64,000 nt of DNA from NCBI GenBank assembly GCA_035193785.1, contig CP136572.1, positions 4,212,578-4,276,577 on the forward strand, in the 5' to 3' direction. Both the position numbers and the translations under genes were made by a program. The DNA is from Planktothrix sp. GU0601_MAG3 (GTDB lineage Bacteria > Cyanobacteriota > Cyanobacteriia > Cyanobacteriales > Microcoleaceae). Positions 34,696-45,636 of this stretch are shown in pieces; position 1 is the first letter of the stretch, and every line of letters begins with the position of its first letter. The notes under the pieces were generated by a model. That model was not told the origin of the DNA. It made no database searches and worked only from the letters and a program-made list of their open reading frames with translations.

Positions 34696-35394
34696 ATGTT
34701 AGATCTTGATAATGTTCTTGAATTTTCTCGAAACATAGAGTTAAATCTTCTCGTATTACTGCCGATTTTAATTGCCCTAGAAGCAGTATTATCGGCTGAT
34801 AATGCTATTGCTCTCGCTTCTATTTCCTGTGGATTGGAAGACCCAAAACTTCAAAATAAAGCCTTAAATATTGGTTTATTTTTAGCATTTATTTTACGAA
34901 TTATCTTGATTATTACTGCAACTTGGGTAATTAAATATTGGCAGTTTGAACTATTAGGAGCTTTATATTTACTTTGGTTAGTCTTCCGATATTTTTTCAA
35001 TAAAAGTCGGGAAAATAATTCAGAAGACGTTGTGCATTATCGGTCTTTTTGGCAGGTTTTACCCCTAATTGCTGTAACCGATCTTGCTTTTTCCCTAGAT
35101 AGTGTCACCGCCGCGATCGCCATTTCAGATCGAGCTTGGCTAGTAATTACAGGGGCAACTATCGGAATTATTATTTTGCGATTTATGGCGACTTTATTTA
35201 TTAAGTGGTTAAAGGAATATGTCTATTTAGAAACTGCTGGATACTTAACCGTTGGTTTAGTGGGGTTACGATTATTAGTACGGGTGATTGATTCAGCTTT
35301 AGTCCCGCCGGAATGGTTAATGGTTGTTCTCACCCTGAGTTTATTTGCTTGGGGATTTTCCCAACGAGTTGCGGATGTCCCTAAGAATAGTTAA
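34696..35394 (+). CDS. TerC family integral membrane protein
   Basis: LEAVLSADNA and DLAFSLDSV motifs. Confidence 0.9.
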   Translation: MLDLDNVLEFSRNIELNLLVLLPILIALEAVLSADNAIALASISCGLEDPKLQNKALNIGLFLAFILRIILIITATWVIKYWQFELLGALYLLWLVFRYFFNKSRENNSEDVVHYRSFWQVLPLIAVTDLAFSLDSVTAAIAISDRAWLVITGATIGIIILRFMATLFIKWLKEYVYLETAGYLTVGLVGLRLLVRVIDSALVPPEWLMVVLTLSLFAWGFSQRVADVPKNS

Positions 35395-35440
35395 TCGTTA
35401 ACGGTTAACCAATAATTGTTAACCGCTAACAGTATTAAAA

Positions 35441-35912
35441 CTACTCAACTAACCAAGGTTTCATCGTCGATTCCCAGTTGGCTAATTCAGCATCCGTAAA
35501 CCAGAGACTAATTTCCCGTTGTGCGGTTTCAATCGCATCGGAACCATGAATAATATTCCGGCCAATACTAACCGCAAAATCTCCCCGAATTGTGCCCGGT
35601 TTCGGCGGTTAAGGGATTGGTGGCTCCAATAATTCTACGAGCAGAAGCCACAACGCCATCCCCTTCCCAGACCATGGCCACTAAGGGGCCGGAGGTAATA
35701 AAAGAGACTAAATCCTTGAAAAAGGGTCTTTCCTTGTGGATATCATAGTGGCGTTCGGCTAACTCCTGGCTGGCAATCACCAACTTCAAACCAATCAGGG
35801 TAAAGCCTTTGGCTTCAAAGCGCCCAATAATTTCTCCTACCAGTCCACGCTGGACGCCATCGGGTTTAATCGCAATAAATGTCCGTTCCAAGGGAATCTC
35901 CTTAACTGTCAT
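35441..35912 (-). CDS. ndk: Nucleoside diphosphate kinase (frameshift at 35599-35603)
   Basis: [16 protein letters not shown], restored AEPGTIRGD, NIIHGSD, ends PWLVE*. Confidence 0.95.
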
Positions 35913-36020
35913 TCAAGTTCACAATTTAGATTATCGTATCCTTGGTAACAGATGACTGGTCAATCTTAACTTAACCCGCTACACTGTCTGATGGTTGCTC
36001 AATGGCAAGGATAGAAAAAG

Positions 36021-38012
36021 ATGGATGTCAATGCACTCGCCCCGAAAACCCAGACTCCCGAGGTGACTATGGAGTCCCCCCAGGTCATGGTGAAAAAGAC
36101 CTGGACAATTGAAGATAGCGAAAAACTCTATCGCATTCAGGGATGGGGTGATCCTTATTTTTCGATTAATGCCGTGGGTAATATTACGGTTTCCCCGAAA
36201 GCGAATCGAGGGGGATCTTTAGATTTATTAAAATTAGTCGAATCTCTGAAAAGTCGCAATATTGAATTACCTTTATTAATTCGTTTTCCTGATATTCTTG
36301 AAGACCGAATTGAACGATTAAATGCTTGTTTTGCTAAGGCGATCGCCCGTTATAGTTACCCAGGTGTCTATCGGGGGGTTTATCCAGTTAAATGTAATCA
36401 AGAACGGCATTTACTGGAAGATTTAGTCCGGTTTGGCAAACCCTATAATTTTGGCTTAGAAGCGGGATCAAAGCCTGAATTATTAATTGCTTTAGCCTTA
36501 TTAAAAAATTCCGATTCCCTATTAATTTGTAATGGCTATAAAGACCAAGAATATATTGATACTGCCCTTTTAGCCCAACGCTTGGGACAGACGGCGATTA
36601 TTGTTTTAGAACAAATTGAAGAAGTGAATTTAGTTATCGCCGCTAGTCAACAATTAGGGATTCGTCCGATTGTGGGAGTGCGGGCTAAATTAAGTACCCG
36701 AGGGATGGGACGTTGGGGCGGTTCCACGGGCGATCGGGCTAAATTTGGCTTAACTATTCCAGAAATTATGGAAGTAGTTGAAAAGCTGAAAAAAGCTGAA
36801 ATGTTAGACAGTTTACAACTGTTACATTTTCATATTGGTTCTCAAATTTCCTCGATTAGTGTGATTAAAGATGCCCTGCAAGAAGCTAGTCAAATTTATG
36901 TGGAATTGGCGAAAATAGGGGCAAATATGAAATATTTGGATGTGGGGGGCGGTTTAGGAGTCGATTATGATGGGTCTAAAACCAATTTCCACGCCTCTAA
37001 AAACTACAATATGCAGAATTATGCTAATGATGTTGTTGCCGAGGTTAAAGAAGCCTGTGAGGAGCGAAAATTACCAGTTCCCACATTAATTAGTGAGAGT
37101 GGACGGGCGATCGCTTCCCATCAATCGGTGTTGGTGTTTGATGTGTTGGGGAGCAGTGATATTCCGATGGCGGAACCCCCGGTAATTACTGAAAAAGATC
37201 ATCTAATTTTAAGAAATTTGGATGACACTTATCAATCTATTAATGAGGATAACTACCAAGAAGCCTATCACGATGCTACCCAATTTAAAGGGGAAGCGAT
37301 TAGTTTATTTGGATTTGGTTATTTAAGTTTAGGCGATCGCGCCAAAGCGGAAAAAATCCATTGGGCCTGTTGTCGAAAAATCTTAGAAATTGTCAGAAAT
37401 TCCGATTATATTCCCGATGAATTAGAAGACTTAGAAAAGATTATGGCTTCAATTTATTATGTGAATCTTTCTGTCTTCAAATCCGCCCCGGATACCTGGG
37501 CAATTGATCAATTATTCCCGATCATGCCGATTCATAGATTAGATGAAGAACCGACAAAACGGGCAACCTTAGCGGATTTAACCTGTGATAGTGATGGCAA
37601 AATTGATCAGTTTATTGATTTACGAGATGTGAAATATGTTTTAGAATTACATTCTTTAGAACAGAGTTCCGATTTATCTCAAAATCCCAACGAAAAACAA
37701 CCCTATTATTTGGGAATGTTTTTAGCGGGTGCTTATCAAGAAATTATGGGAAATCTGCATAATTTATTTGGAGATACAAATGTTGTTCATATTAAACTTA
37801 CTCCTCAAGGATATCAAATTGAATCCGTGATTAAAGGAGATACTATGCACGAAGTTTTGGGTTATGTTCATTATGATACGGAGGATTTAATTGAAAGTAT
37901 TCGTCGCCAGACCGAACAAGCATTAGAAAATAGTCGGATTAGTTTAGAAGAAGCTCAACTGCTATTACAAAACTATGAACGCAGTTTGCGACGTTATACT
38001 TATCTGCATTAA
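36021..38012 (+). CDS. speA: Biosynthetic arginine decarboxylase
   Basis: YPVKCNQ, LEAGSKPEL, HFHIGSQI, TCDSDG, GAYQEIMGNLHNLFG. Confidence 0.96.
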   Translation: MDVNALAPKTQTPEVTMESPQVMVKKTWTIEDSEKLYRIQGWGDPYFSINAVGNITVSPKANRGGSLDLLKLVESLKSRNIELPLLIRFPDILEDRIERLNACFAKAIARYSYPGVYRGVYPVKCNQERHLLEDLVRFGKPYNFGLEAGSKPELLIALALLKNSDSLLICNGYKDQEYIDTALLAQRLGQTAIIVLEQIEEVNLVIAASQQLGIRPIVGVRAKLSTRGMGRWGGSTGDRAKFGLTIPEIMEVVEKLKKAEMLDSLQLLHFHIGSQISSISVIKDALQEASQIYVELAKIGANMKYLDVGGGLGVDYDGSKTNFHASKNYNMQNYANDVVAEVKEACEERKLPVPTLISESGRAIASHQSVLVFDVLGSSDIPMAEPPVITEKDHLILRNLDDTYQSINEDNYQEAYHDATQFKGEAISLFGFGYLSLGDRAKAEKIHWACCRKILEIVRNSDYIPDELEDLEKIMASIYYVNLSVFKSAPDTWAIDQLFPIMPIHRLDEEPTKRATLADLTCDSDGKIDQFIDLRDVKYVLELHSLEQSSDLSQNPNEKQPYYLGMFLAGAYQEIMGNLHNLFGDTNVVHIKLTPQGYQIESVIKGDTMHEVLGYVHYDTEDLIESIRRQTEQALENSRISLEEAQLLLQNYERSLRRYTYLH

Positions 38013-38356
38013 TTTCACAAAAAGATTGTATTTTCAGATATTGGGACTTGTCTTAACTTTCACGAGTTTTTAAGTCGAGTCGAGTTTCATCTTGACACCA
38101 ATATTCCATCCAGTTTTCGGCGGGATTTTTTGTGGTAGAATCCAACCACAAATGTATCCAAACAATTCAAGAAAAGAATTTCAATTAGAAAAGATGGACG
38201 AAGCCACCTATAATGCTAATGTTAATGCTATAGATCGTTTATTAAGTTCTTCAGCAATAAGTTATTTATTGGTGGCGGCCAATAAACCAGTCGGAGTCGG
38301 TCAGGTTTAATCATCCCTAACTTATCCGGTGTAAATAATTAGCAGTTTTTTAGGAT

Positions 38357-40152
38357 ATGCAAACTCCAGTTACCCCCGACAAAACCACCAGTAATCCTCT
38401 TTCATCTTTGACTCGATTTTTGCAAGATGTTAAAATTATTGCTCAACCTTACTGGTATCCCACAGAGTTAAATGGACGGGCATTTTCCGATGTGATTTGT
38501 TTCCTGGGGGATGCTGGCTCTAATGGTTTTAAGCATAACTTTGTTAGTGAGTGTTGATGCTTTTGCCAGCTTCTGGAATCGCTATGTGTTAGATATTGTT
38601 ATTGAACAAAGAGACCTTTCTAAGTATCTTGATACCCTCTGGCTGTCTAGCTTTTTGATTGTGCTGATCACCTGTTCAGTCGCCCTGGCTCAATTTGTCA
38701 GAAAAAAAGTTGCTCTTGATTGGTATAAGTGGCTTAGTAATAATACCTTAAAACAATATTTGAGCGATCGCGCCTATTATAAAATTAATTTCACATCGGG
38801 TTTAGAAAATCCTGACCAACGTTTATCCCAAGAAATTGAACCGATTACCACCATAACCTTGAGGTTTTTAACAACCTTATTAGAAAAGAGTCTGCAAATG
38901 ATCACTTTTCTAGTTATTCTCTGGACAATTTCCCAACAAATTACTATTTATCTGGTTATCTATACTATTGCTGGTAACTTTATTGCGGTGTATTTAACCC
39001 AACAGTTGAATAAGATTAATCAGGCGGAACTTAACTCTAAAGCTCAATATAATTATGCCCTAACCCATGTGCGAGATCATGCGGAATCCATTGCTTTTTT
39101 CCGAGGAGAGGAACAGGAATCAAAAATAGTGGAGCGCAGGTTTAATAATATTCTCAAGAATGCTGAAGAAAGAATCAATTTGGAGAGATTTCAGGATCTT
39201 TTTAATCGTGGTTATCAGTCTGCAATTAGTGTTTTTTCAATGTTTATCCTGACACCAATGTTCATTCAAGATAAAATTGATTTTGGAGAAATTAGCCAAG
39301 CCAGTTTATGTTGTTTTCTCTTTTCTAACGCCTTGGGACAATTGGTAAGTGAGTGGGGAACTTCAGCAAAATTATCTAATTATATTGAGCGTTTAGCCTC
39401 CTTTTCTGATGGCTTAAAAAGGGTTAGCCTAGAACCCAAAAACCTCGGTAGGATTACAACAGTAGAGGATAACCGTTTAGCTTTTGAGAATTTTACTCTA
39501 CAAACTCCAGATTATGAGAAAGTAATTGTCGAAAATTTATCCCTATCAGTTTCCATCAGGAAAAGGTTTATTAATTGTTGGCCCTAGTGGTCGCGGTAAA
39601 AGTTCTTTACTGCGGGCGATCGCAGGTTTATGGAATGCAGGAACCGGGCGTTTAGTGCGTCCTGCCCTGGAAGAAATGTTATTTTTGCCCCAGCGTCCTT
39701 ATATTATTTTGGGGACTCTGCGTGACCAACTTCTCTATCCCCATACCACGGATCAAATTGCCGATCGAGAACTGGAAAAAATCCTAGAAAAAGTCAACCT
39801 GCAACATTTATTAACTCAAACAAATGTTTTTGATAAAGAAGTAAATTGGGAGAATATTTTATCCTTAGGAGAACAACAGCGACTAGCCTTTGCCCGAATA
39901 TTAGTGACCCGTCCCAGTTTCGCCATATTAGATGAAGCCACCAGTGCTTTAGATTTAATTAATGAAGAAAGTTTGTATCAACAATTACAGCAAACCCAGA
40001 CAACTTTTATCAGTGTAGGACATCGGGAAAGTCTATTTAATTATCATCAATGGGTACTAGAACTTGCGGAAAATTCCCGTTGGCAACTTTTGACCGTGGA
40101 GGACTACCAACAGCAAAAATTCGCGGCGATCAATCTTCTTAAAAAATCTTAA
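38357..40152 (+). CDS. mvdA: Microviridin ABC transporter (frameshifts at 38499-38503 and 39549-39553)
   Basis: NPDQRL, HAESIAFF, GPSGRGKSS, LSLGEQQRL; first gene of the mvd cluster. Confidence 0.87.
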
Positions 40153-40257
40153 ACTTCCAGATAATCAGTCTCTGTATGTTGTAATATTTTATCCTAGAGG
40201 TTGGATTAATAAATCTCTCTATTTTTTCTTAAAACTCGATTAGGATTACTATATAAT

Positions 40258-40798
40258 ATGGGTGATATTGTTACCAAACGATTACGTTTAGTGCCTTTTA
40301 AATTGCCAATTGTACAAGCGGCAATGATTGGCGATTTTGAATTAGGAAAAGTTCTGGGCGTTACAGTTATATCTGACTGGATTGATCAAGACTTTTATGA
40401 TAACTTGCCAGCAATTGCCAATATACTGCTCCAAAGTCCATTGCAAGGGGAATGGGGATGGGGAAATTTAGTGATTCAACAGGCAGAAAATACCCTGATT
40501 GGTCACGTTATGCTTAAAATTATTCCAGATACCCCCGATCCCGCAGGTTTCCCCCACAGGATCACTGGAAATTGGCTATCAAATCGCTTCCTCCTATCGA
40601 CGACGGGGATACGGATCTGAAGCGACAAAAGCAGTGTTAGACTGGGCATTTTCTCAACCTTCTGTAGAAAAAGTGACGGCCGGCTGTGATGCTGATAATA
40701 TTGCTTCCAAAAGATTACTAGAAAAAATCGGAATGCAGCACACAGAAACCCGAGCCCAAGGTCAAGTATTAGTCTGGGAATTATCGCGTTATTCTTAG
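40258..40798 (+). CDS. mvdB: Microviridin GNAT N-acetyltransferase (frameshift at 40547-40551)
   Basis: TKRLRL start, EIGY..YRRRGYGSEA, NIASKRLLEKIG; cluster position. Confidence 0.85.
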
Positions 40799-40857
40799 CT
40801 TTAAATTTCCCCTTTTTAAACACAAATTAAAATCTAAATTACGGAGAAAATAGTTCT

Positions 40858-41832
40858 ATGTCTTTGTCTCGTGATGTTGTTTTATTAATTACTCATAGTG
40901 GGGATTTTTTCACCATTGATAGGGTCATGGAAGCCCTATTAAAAAAAGGCGTGCAACCCTTTCGTTTTGATACGGATAAATTTCCCTTGAATATCCAATT
41001 AACTGCCAATTTTGGCAAATCAAAAAGCGATCATCAACTGGAATATAATGGTCATTATATTAGCACAGAACAGGTACAAGCGGTTTGGCTACGACGGATC
41101 TGGGAGCCTGATTTTCAGGAATTAGACCCCCAATATCAACAGGCTTGTGCTAAGGAATCAAAGGCAACTTTAAACGGCTTTTGGGACAGTCTGAGAGATG
41201 CTAATTGGGTTGATCATTTAGCACAAATTGAGGCAGCAAGTAATAAACTACTGCAATTACGATTAGCCTCAGAAGTGGGTTTGACTATTCCACAAACATT
41301 AATCACAAATAAAGCCGCCACCGCCCGGGAATTTTTTCAACAAGTTAACGGAAAAATGGTGAGTAAGCTATTAACTACTCTTTCTCGTAGTATGGAAAGC
41401 ACTTCTTTTTTCCTTTATACTAGCCTGGTTAAAGAGGAAGATTTACAAGATGCGGAGTCATTACGTTATTGTCCAATGGTTTTCCAAGAACAAATTTCTA
41501 AGCAACAGGAATTGCGAGTTGTTTATGTGAATGGTCAGGTATTTGTGGGGGCGTTAAATGCTTCTGTTTATGAAGATTCTACCGTGGATTGGCGTGCTCC
41601 TGGTATCGAGGTTGGTGCTTGGCAAAATCATCAACTTCCCGAAGAATTGATCTGTCGTCTTCAAACTTTTATGGGTGAATTGGGGCTGTTATTTGGAGCT
41701 TTTGATTTTATCCTCACGCCGTCGGGAGATTATGTCTTTTTAGAAGTTAATCCTGGCGGCGAATGGGGAATGCTGGAAAGGGATTTGGATTTGCCAATTT
41801 CTCAAGCGATCGCCGATACCTTGATTCCCTAA
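40858..41832 (+). CDS. mvdC: Microviridin ATP-grasp ligase (lactam-forming, MdnB/MvdC type)
   Basis: VLLITHSGDFFTIDRV, FQEQI.K..ELRV, FLEVNPGGEWGMLE. Confidence 0.92.
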   Translation: MSLSRDVVLLITHSGDFFTIDRVMEALLKKGVQPFRFDTDKFPLNIQLTANFGKSKSDHQLEYNGHYISTEQVQAVWLRRIWEPDFQELDPQYQQACAKESKATLNGFWDSLRDANWVDHLAQIEAASNKLLQLRLASEVGLTIPQTLITNKAATAREFFQQVNGKMVSKLLTTLSRSMESTSFFLYTSLVKEEDLQDAESLRYCPMVFQEQISKQQELRVVYVNGQVFVGALNASVYEDSTVDWRAPGIEVGAWQNHQLPEELICRLQTFMGELGLLFGAFDFILTPSGDYVFLEVNPGGEWGMLERDLDLPISQAIADTLIP

Positions 41833-41864
41833 AATTCACTAATTAACCATTATTCAGGAGATTT

Positions 41865-42857
41865 ATGACGGTTTTAATTTTCACTTTCAGTAACGATAAT
41901 GAAAGTATTCCCCTGGTTGTTAAAGCTATTGAAGCCAAGGGTGAAAAAGCCTTTCGTTTTGATACCGATCGCTTTCCTACGGAAGTAAAACTTGATATTT
42001 ATTCGGGTGATTTTGAGGGGGGAATAGTTACCGATGGAGAACATAAATTAGACCTAAGTGAAGTCTCCTCGGTTTGGTATCGGCGCATGAGATATGGCGC
42101 TAAACTTCCTGATAGTATGGATCAGCAATTTCGGGAAGCATCTCTCAAAGAATGTCGCCTTACCGTCCGAGGATTAATTGCTAGTCTACCTGGTTTCCAT
42201 TTTGATCCGATGATTAATGTTGATCGGGCTAATAATAAGCAACTGCAATTACAAATTGCCCGACAATTGGGTTTATCAACTCCCCGGACTTTGACCTCAA
42301 ATAATCCCGAAGCTGTCAAACAATTTGCCCAGGATTGTAAAGAGCAAGGAATTGTTACTAAAATGCTCTCTCAATTTGCGATTTATGGTGAAAATAAAGA
42401 AGAAAATGTCGTGTTTACCAGTCCTGTAACTGATGATGATTTAGAGAATTTGGAAGGGCTAAGTTTTTGTCCGATGACTTTTCAAGAAAATATACCCAAA
42501 GCCCTAGAATTAAGGACAATTATTGTAGGAAAACAGGTATTTACTGCCGCCATTAACTCTCAACAATTAGACGGAGCTACCTATGATTGGCGGAAAGAAG
42601 GAAGGGCTTTAACTGAAAAATGGCAAGCCTATAATTTACCCGAAGATATTCAGAAAAAACTGCTGCAACTAACGGCTTATTTTGGCTTAAACTATGGAGC
42701 TATTGATATTATTGTCACCCCCGATGGTCAGCACATTTTCCTAGAAATTAATCCCGTTGGCGAGTTTTTCTGGTTAGAATTATTTGCTCCCTATTTCCCC
42801 ATTTCCCAGGCGATCGCTGAAATTCTGCTTACTCCTAGAAACCAGAAACCATCTTAG
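41865..42857 (+). CDS. mvdD: Microviridin ATP-grasp ligase (lactone-forming, MdnC/MvdD type)
   Basis: MTVLIFTFSNDNESI..FRFDTDRFP, FQENIPKALELR, FLEINPVGEFFWL. Confidence 0.92.
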   Translation: MTVLIFTFSNDNESIPLVVKAIEAKGEKAFRFDTDRFPTEVKLDIYSGDFEGGIVTDGEHKLDLSEVSSVWYRRMRYGAKLPDSMDQQFREASLKECRLTVRGLIASLPGFHFDPMINVDRANNKQLQLQIARQLGLSTPRTLTSNNPEAVKQFAQDCKEQGIVTKMLSQFAIYGENKEENVVFTSPVTDDDLENLEGLSFCPMTFQENIPKALELRTIIVGKQVFTAAINSQQLDGATYDWRKEGRALTEKWQAYNLPEDIQKKLLQLTAYFGLNYGAIDIIVTPDGQHIFLEINPVGEFFWLELFAPYFPISQAIAEILLTPRNQKPS

Positions 42858-42908
42858 TGATTCAGGATACTTTTTTAATAAAAGTTAATCATTTGTTCTG
42901 GATTTCCC

Positions 42909-42938
42909 TTGACATATCCTGTTCGTCCGTAGTATCTT
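42909..42938 (+). promoter_or_regulatory. Putative sigma70 promoter of mvdE
   Basis: TTGACA 42909-42914, then TAGTAT/TATCTT -10 candidates. Confidence 0.45.
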
Positions 42939-42973
42939 GGTCGCAGGTCAATATTGCAAAAGGAACTTAACTC

Positions 42974-43120
42974 ATGTCTAAAAACGTTAAAGTCTCTGCG
43001 CCCAAAGCTGTCCCCTTCTTTGCTCGTTTCTTAGCAGAGCAAGCCATGGAAGCTAAAAGTTCTAATTCTGCTCCTTACCCTAGTACTCTGAAGTATCCTT
43101 CCGATTGGGAAGATTATTAA
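42974..43120 (+). CDS. mvdE: Microviridin precursor, 48 aa, core YPSTLKYPSDWEDY (not in ORF track)
   Basis: MSKNVKVSAPKAVPFFARFLAEQAMEAKSSNSAPYPSTLKYPSDWEDY; PFFARFL leader motif, TxKYPSD core; AAGGA SD. Confidence 0.96.
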   Translation: MSKNVKVSAPKAVPFFARFLAEQAMEAKSSNSAPYPSTLKYPSDWEDY

Positions 43121-43151
43121 ATAGATAAGAGCAATCTTAATCTACAATTTA

Positions 43152-43194
43152 AGGGAGTAGCAGTTATTAAATAACTGAAAGCTACTCCCTATTT
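43152..43194 (+). terminator. Stem-loop after mvdE
   Basis: AGGGAGTAGC...GCTACTCCCT inverted repeat. Confidence 0.75.
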
Positions 43195-43250
43195 GATGGC
43201 TTGATTTTTTTAAGATTGGATATCAAACTACTTATACAATTGATTCAAAC

Positions 43251-43280
43251 TTGCTATATCGGTTTTATTCGTGATACAAT
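43251..43280 (+). promoter_or_regulatory. Putative promoter of mvdF
   Basis: TTGCTA-N18-TACAAT with TG extension. Confidence 0.45.
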
Positions 43281-43313
43281 TCCAGCAATTAGCTTTCTGA
43301 AAAGTAAACTACT

Positions 43314-43466
43314 ATGTCTAAAAATATCAAAGTATCGACCGGATTAGCCGTCCCCTTCTTTGCTCGTTTCTTGGCAGAGCAAGACACAGAAACTGGTGAT
43401 TCTACTTCTACCGATACCCCCACGATCTGGACTTTGAAGTGGCCTTCCGATTGGGAAGATAGTTAA
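43314..43466 (+). CDS. mvdF: Second microviridin precursor, 50 aa, core ..TIWTLKWPSDWEDS (not in ORF track)
   Basis: MSKNIKVSTGLAVPFFARFLAEQDTETGDSTSTDTPTIWTLKWPSDWEDS. Confidence 0.94.
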   Translation: MSKNIKVSTGLAVPFFARFLAEQDTETGDSTSTDTPTIWTLKWPSDWEDS

Positions 43467-43496
43467 GTAGACTAGAGCAATTTTGATCAAAAATTA

Positions 43497-43541
43497 AGGG
43501 AGTAGCAGTTATTGAATAACTAAAAGCTACTCCCTATTTTT
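43497..43541 (+). terminator. Stem-loop plus T-tract after mvdF (paralogue of the mvdE hairpin)
   Basis: AGGGAGTAGC...GCTACTCCCT followed by ATTTTT. Confidence 0.8.
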
Positions 43542-43593
43542 GTTTAAATATTAAGTTAAAGCGGTTTTATATTTTAATACCCGGGAGAAAATA

Positions 43594-43887
43594 ATGTTTG
43601 AGTCGCTATCAGGAAAAAAGGTAATTATTATTGGCATGAATTCGGGAGTTGACCTGGCGATCGCCAAGAAAATATTAGAATTGGGGGCAAAAGTTGTACT
43701 TTCCCATCCATCTTCAGAAAAATTAAATCAGGCGATCAGATTAATTTCTGGAGAGGCGATCGCAGCCTTACCCGTGGCTCATCTGGGGCAACCAGAGGCA
43801 CTAGGGCAGGCGGTATTAAGTTTGATGACTAATCCCTATATGACCGGGGTGATTTTGCCTGTTGAGGGCGGAGTAACCTTGATCTAA
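43594..43887 (+). pseudogene. Internally deleted short-chain dehydrogenase/reductase
   Basis: SDR-like N-terminus (LSGKKVIIIG..SG..LAIAK) joined directly to an SDR C-terminus (P..LGQPE...YMTG..LPVEGG); no YxxxK; 97 aa. Confidence 0.7.
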
Positions 43888-44835
43888 TCAACTCTGGCAG
43901 TGGTCATCAAAATTTTCATTCATCCAGGTTAAAATTTCCCCATTTACCCTTTCTGGACATTCATCATGGGCGCAATGTCCGGCATTTTCTAATTCTACTA
44001 ATTTTAATTGAGAGTAATATTGTAAATATTGACGAGGGTTAGCAAATTTAACTGGAATTAAACGATCCTGTAGGCCGCAAAGTAACAAAATAGGAACGGT
44101 TAATTGGGGAAATAGACTTTTAACCGTCGGGCCAAGACGGGGATTACCCATCATTTTTAAAATTGAACAAAATGCCCGCGCTGCCCCCCTTTCCAAAGCC
44201 GGAGTTACTAAAATATTAACTAATTCATCGGTGATCGCATCGGGATTATTATAGGCTAACTTTACCCAACGCCGGACAAAACTCGGACGACGAGCCAGGG
44301 CAAAAAATAACCTTAAAACCGGAGGAGAAGCCACAATATTTTGTACTTTTTCCACCACAGGAATTGACCAAGGTGGTAACATTTCCAATTGTAATCCCGG
44401 GTCAGGAAGACTAATTAAAACTAATCCCTTTGCTAATTTAGGGTCTTGGGATGCCAGCATTAAACTCACCAAAGACCCAATCGAATTTCCGACTAAAATT
44501 ACAGGTTCTCGAATAAACGTTTTCCAAAAATCATAGACTAAATCTACCCATAATTGAGTATTGTAGGGGGCGATCGCCTTTTCCGAACCGCCGAAACCCA
44601 ATAAATCCAAAGCATAAACCGTATGGGTTTGACTCAACACGGCTAAATTGTATCGCCAATGCCCAATCGAAGCCCCAAATCCATGTAAAAATAACATCGG
44701 GTAACTAGGACGAGAAGATGGGGATAAACCTGGCCGACTGTAGGTGTAACGAATCCGCCAACCCCGCCAAATCCAATCCCGTTGATCACCGACTTGATCT
44801 TGCCAGCTTACGGAACTAATCAAATATCCTCCCAT
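43888..44835 (-). CDS. Alpha/beta fold hydrolase
   Basis: LHGFGAS..HW, DLLGFG, GNSIG nucleophile, GHCAHDE. Confidence 0.92.
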   Translation of the reverse strand: MGGYLISSVSWQDQVGDQRDWIWRGWRIRYTYSRPGLSPSSRPSYPMLFLHGFGASIGHWRYNLAVLSQTHTVYALDLLGFGGSEKAIAPYNTQLWVDLVYDFWKTFIREPVILVGNSIGSLVSLMLASQDPKLAKGLVLISLPDPGLQLEMLPPWSIPVVEKVQNIVASPPVLRLFFALARRPSFVRRWVKLAYNNPDAITDELVNILVTPALERGAARAFCSILKMMGNPRLGPTVKSLFPQLTVPILLLCGLQDRLIPVKFANPRQYLQYYSQLKLVELENAGHCAHDECPERVNGEILTWMNENFDDHCQS

Positions 44836-44975
44836 GACAACATAACTTTATATTGATAATCTTAACGTTTCTGGAATTTAGGTTAAATTTGGAACAGAAT
44901 ATCGATGGGAATGAGTACAATAGGAAACTGTAGAACCATATCACCATCATATTTAATCGCTTGCAAACTTCTTTA

Positions 44976-45510
44976 ATGCCTGTGACCGATAAAAAAATCA
45001 ATCGCAATTTGCCTCCAATTAACGAAAATATCCGGTTTCCTAAAATCCGGGTTATAGACGCAGATGGCTCCCAGTTGGGGATTCTCACCCCTCGGGAAGC
45101 CTCGCGGATGGCGGAGGAAAAGGAACTCGACTTAGTATTGGTCAGTGACAAAGCCGACCCCCCGGTGTGTCGGATTATGGACTACGGCAAATACAAGTAC
45201 GAACAGGAAAAGAAAGTTCGAGAAGCCAAGAAAAAACAACACACCGTTGATGTCAAGGAAGTCAAGATGCGCTACATCATTGACGAACACGATTACAAAG
45301 TGCGCGTCAATCAAGCCAAACGCTTCCTGCAATCGGGGGATAAAGTCAAAGCCACCATTATGTTCCGTGGTCGGGAAATTCAACACAGTCACCTCGCCAA
45401 AAACCTCCTGGAACGTATGGCCTCTGAGTTACAAGAATTGGCTGAGGTGCAACAGGAAACCCAAACAAGAAGGACGCAGCATGATGATGTTGCTCTCACC
45501 CAAAAAGTAG
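44976..45510 (+). CDS. infC: Translation initiation factor IF-3 (frameshift at 45456-45460)
   Basis: [27 protein letters not shown], restored [16 protein letters not shown]. Confidence 0.95.
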
Positions 45511-45636
45511 AATTCAGGTGTTGAATGGCTGACTTTTCCGGGTTTAGTTGCCTTGGGATGTCGCTTGGGACACCAAACCTCTAATAACCAGCCTAAACTA
45601 TAAATTCTCCCATCCCCCTTGTTAGCAAGGGGGACT

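Noticed and set aside
38092..38310. Possible extra mvd gene or third precursor upstream of mvdA
   Set aside because: No PFFARFL leader or TxKxPSD core, weak start, no recognisable family
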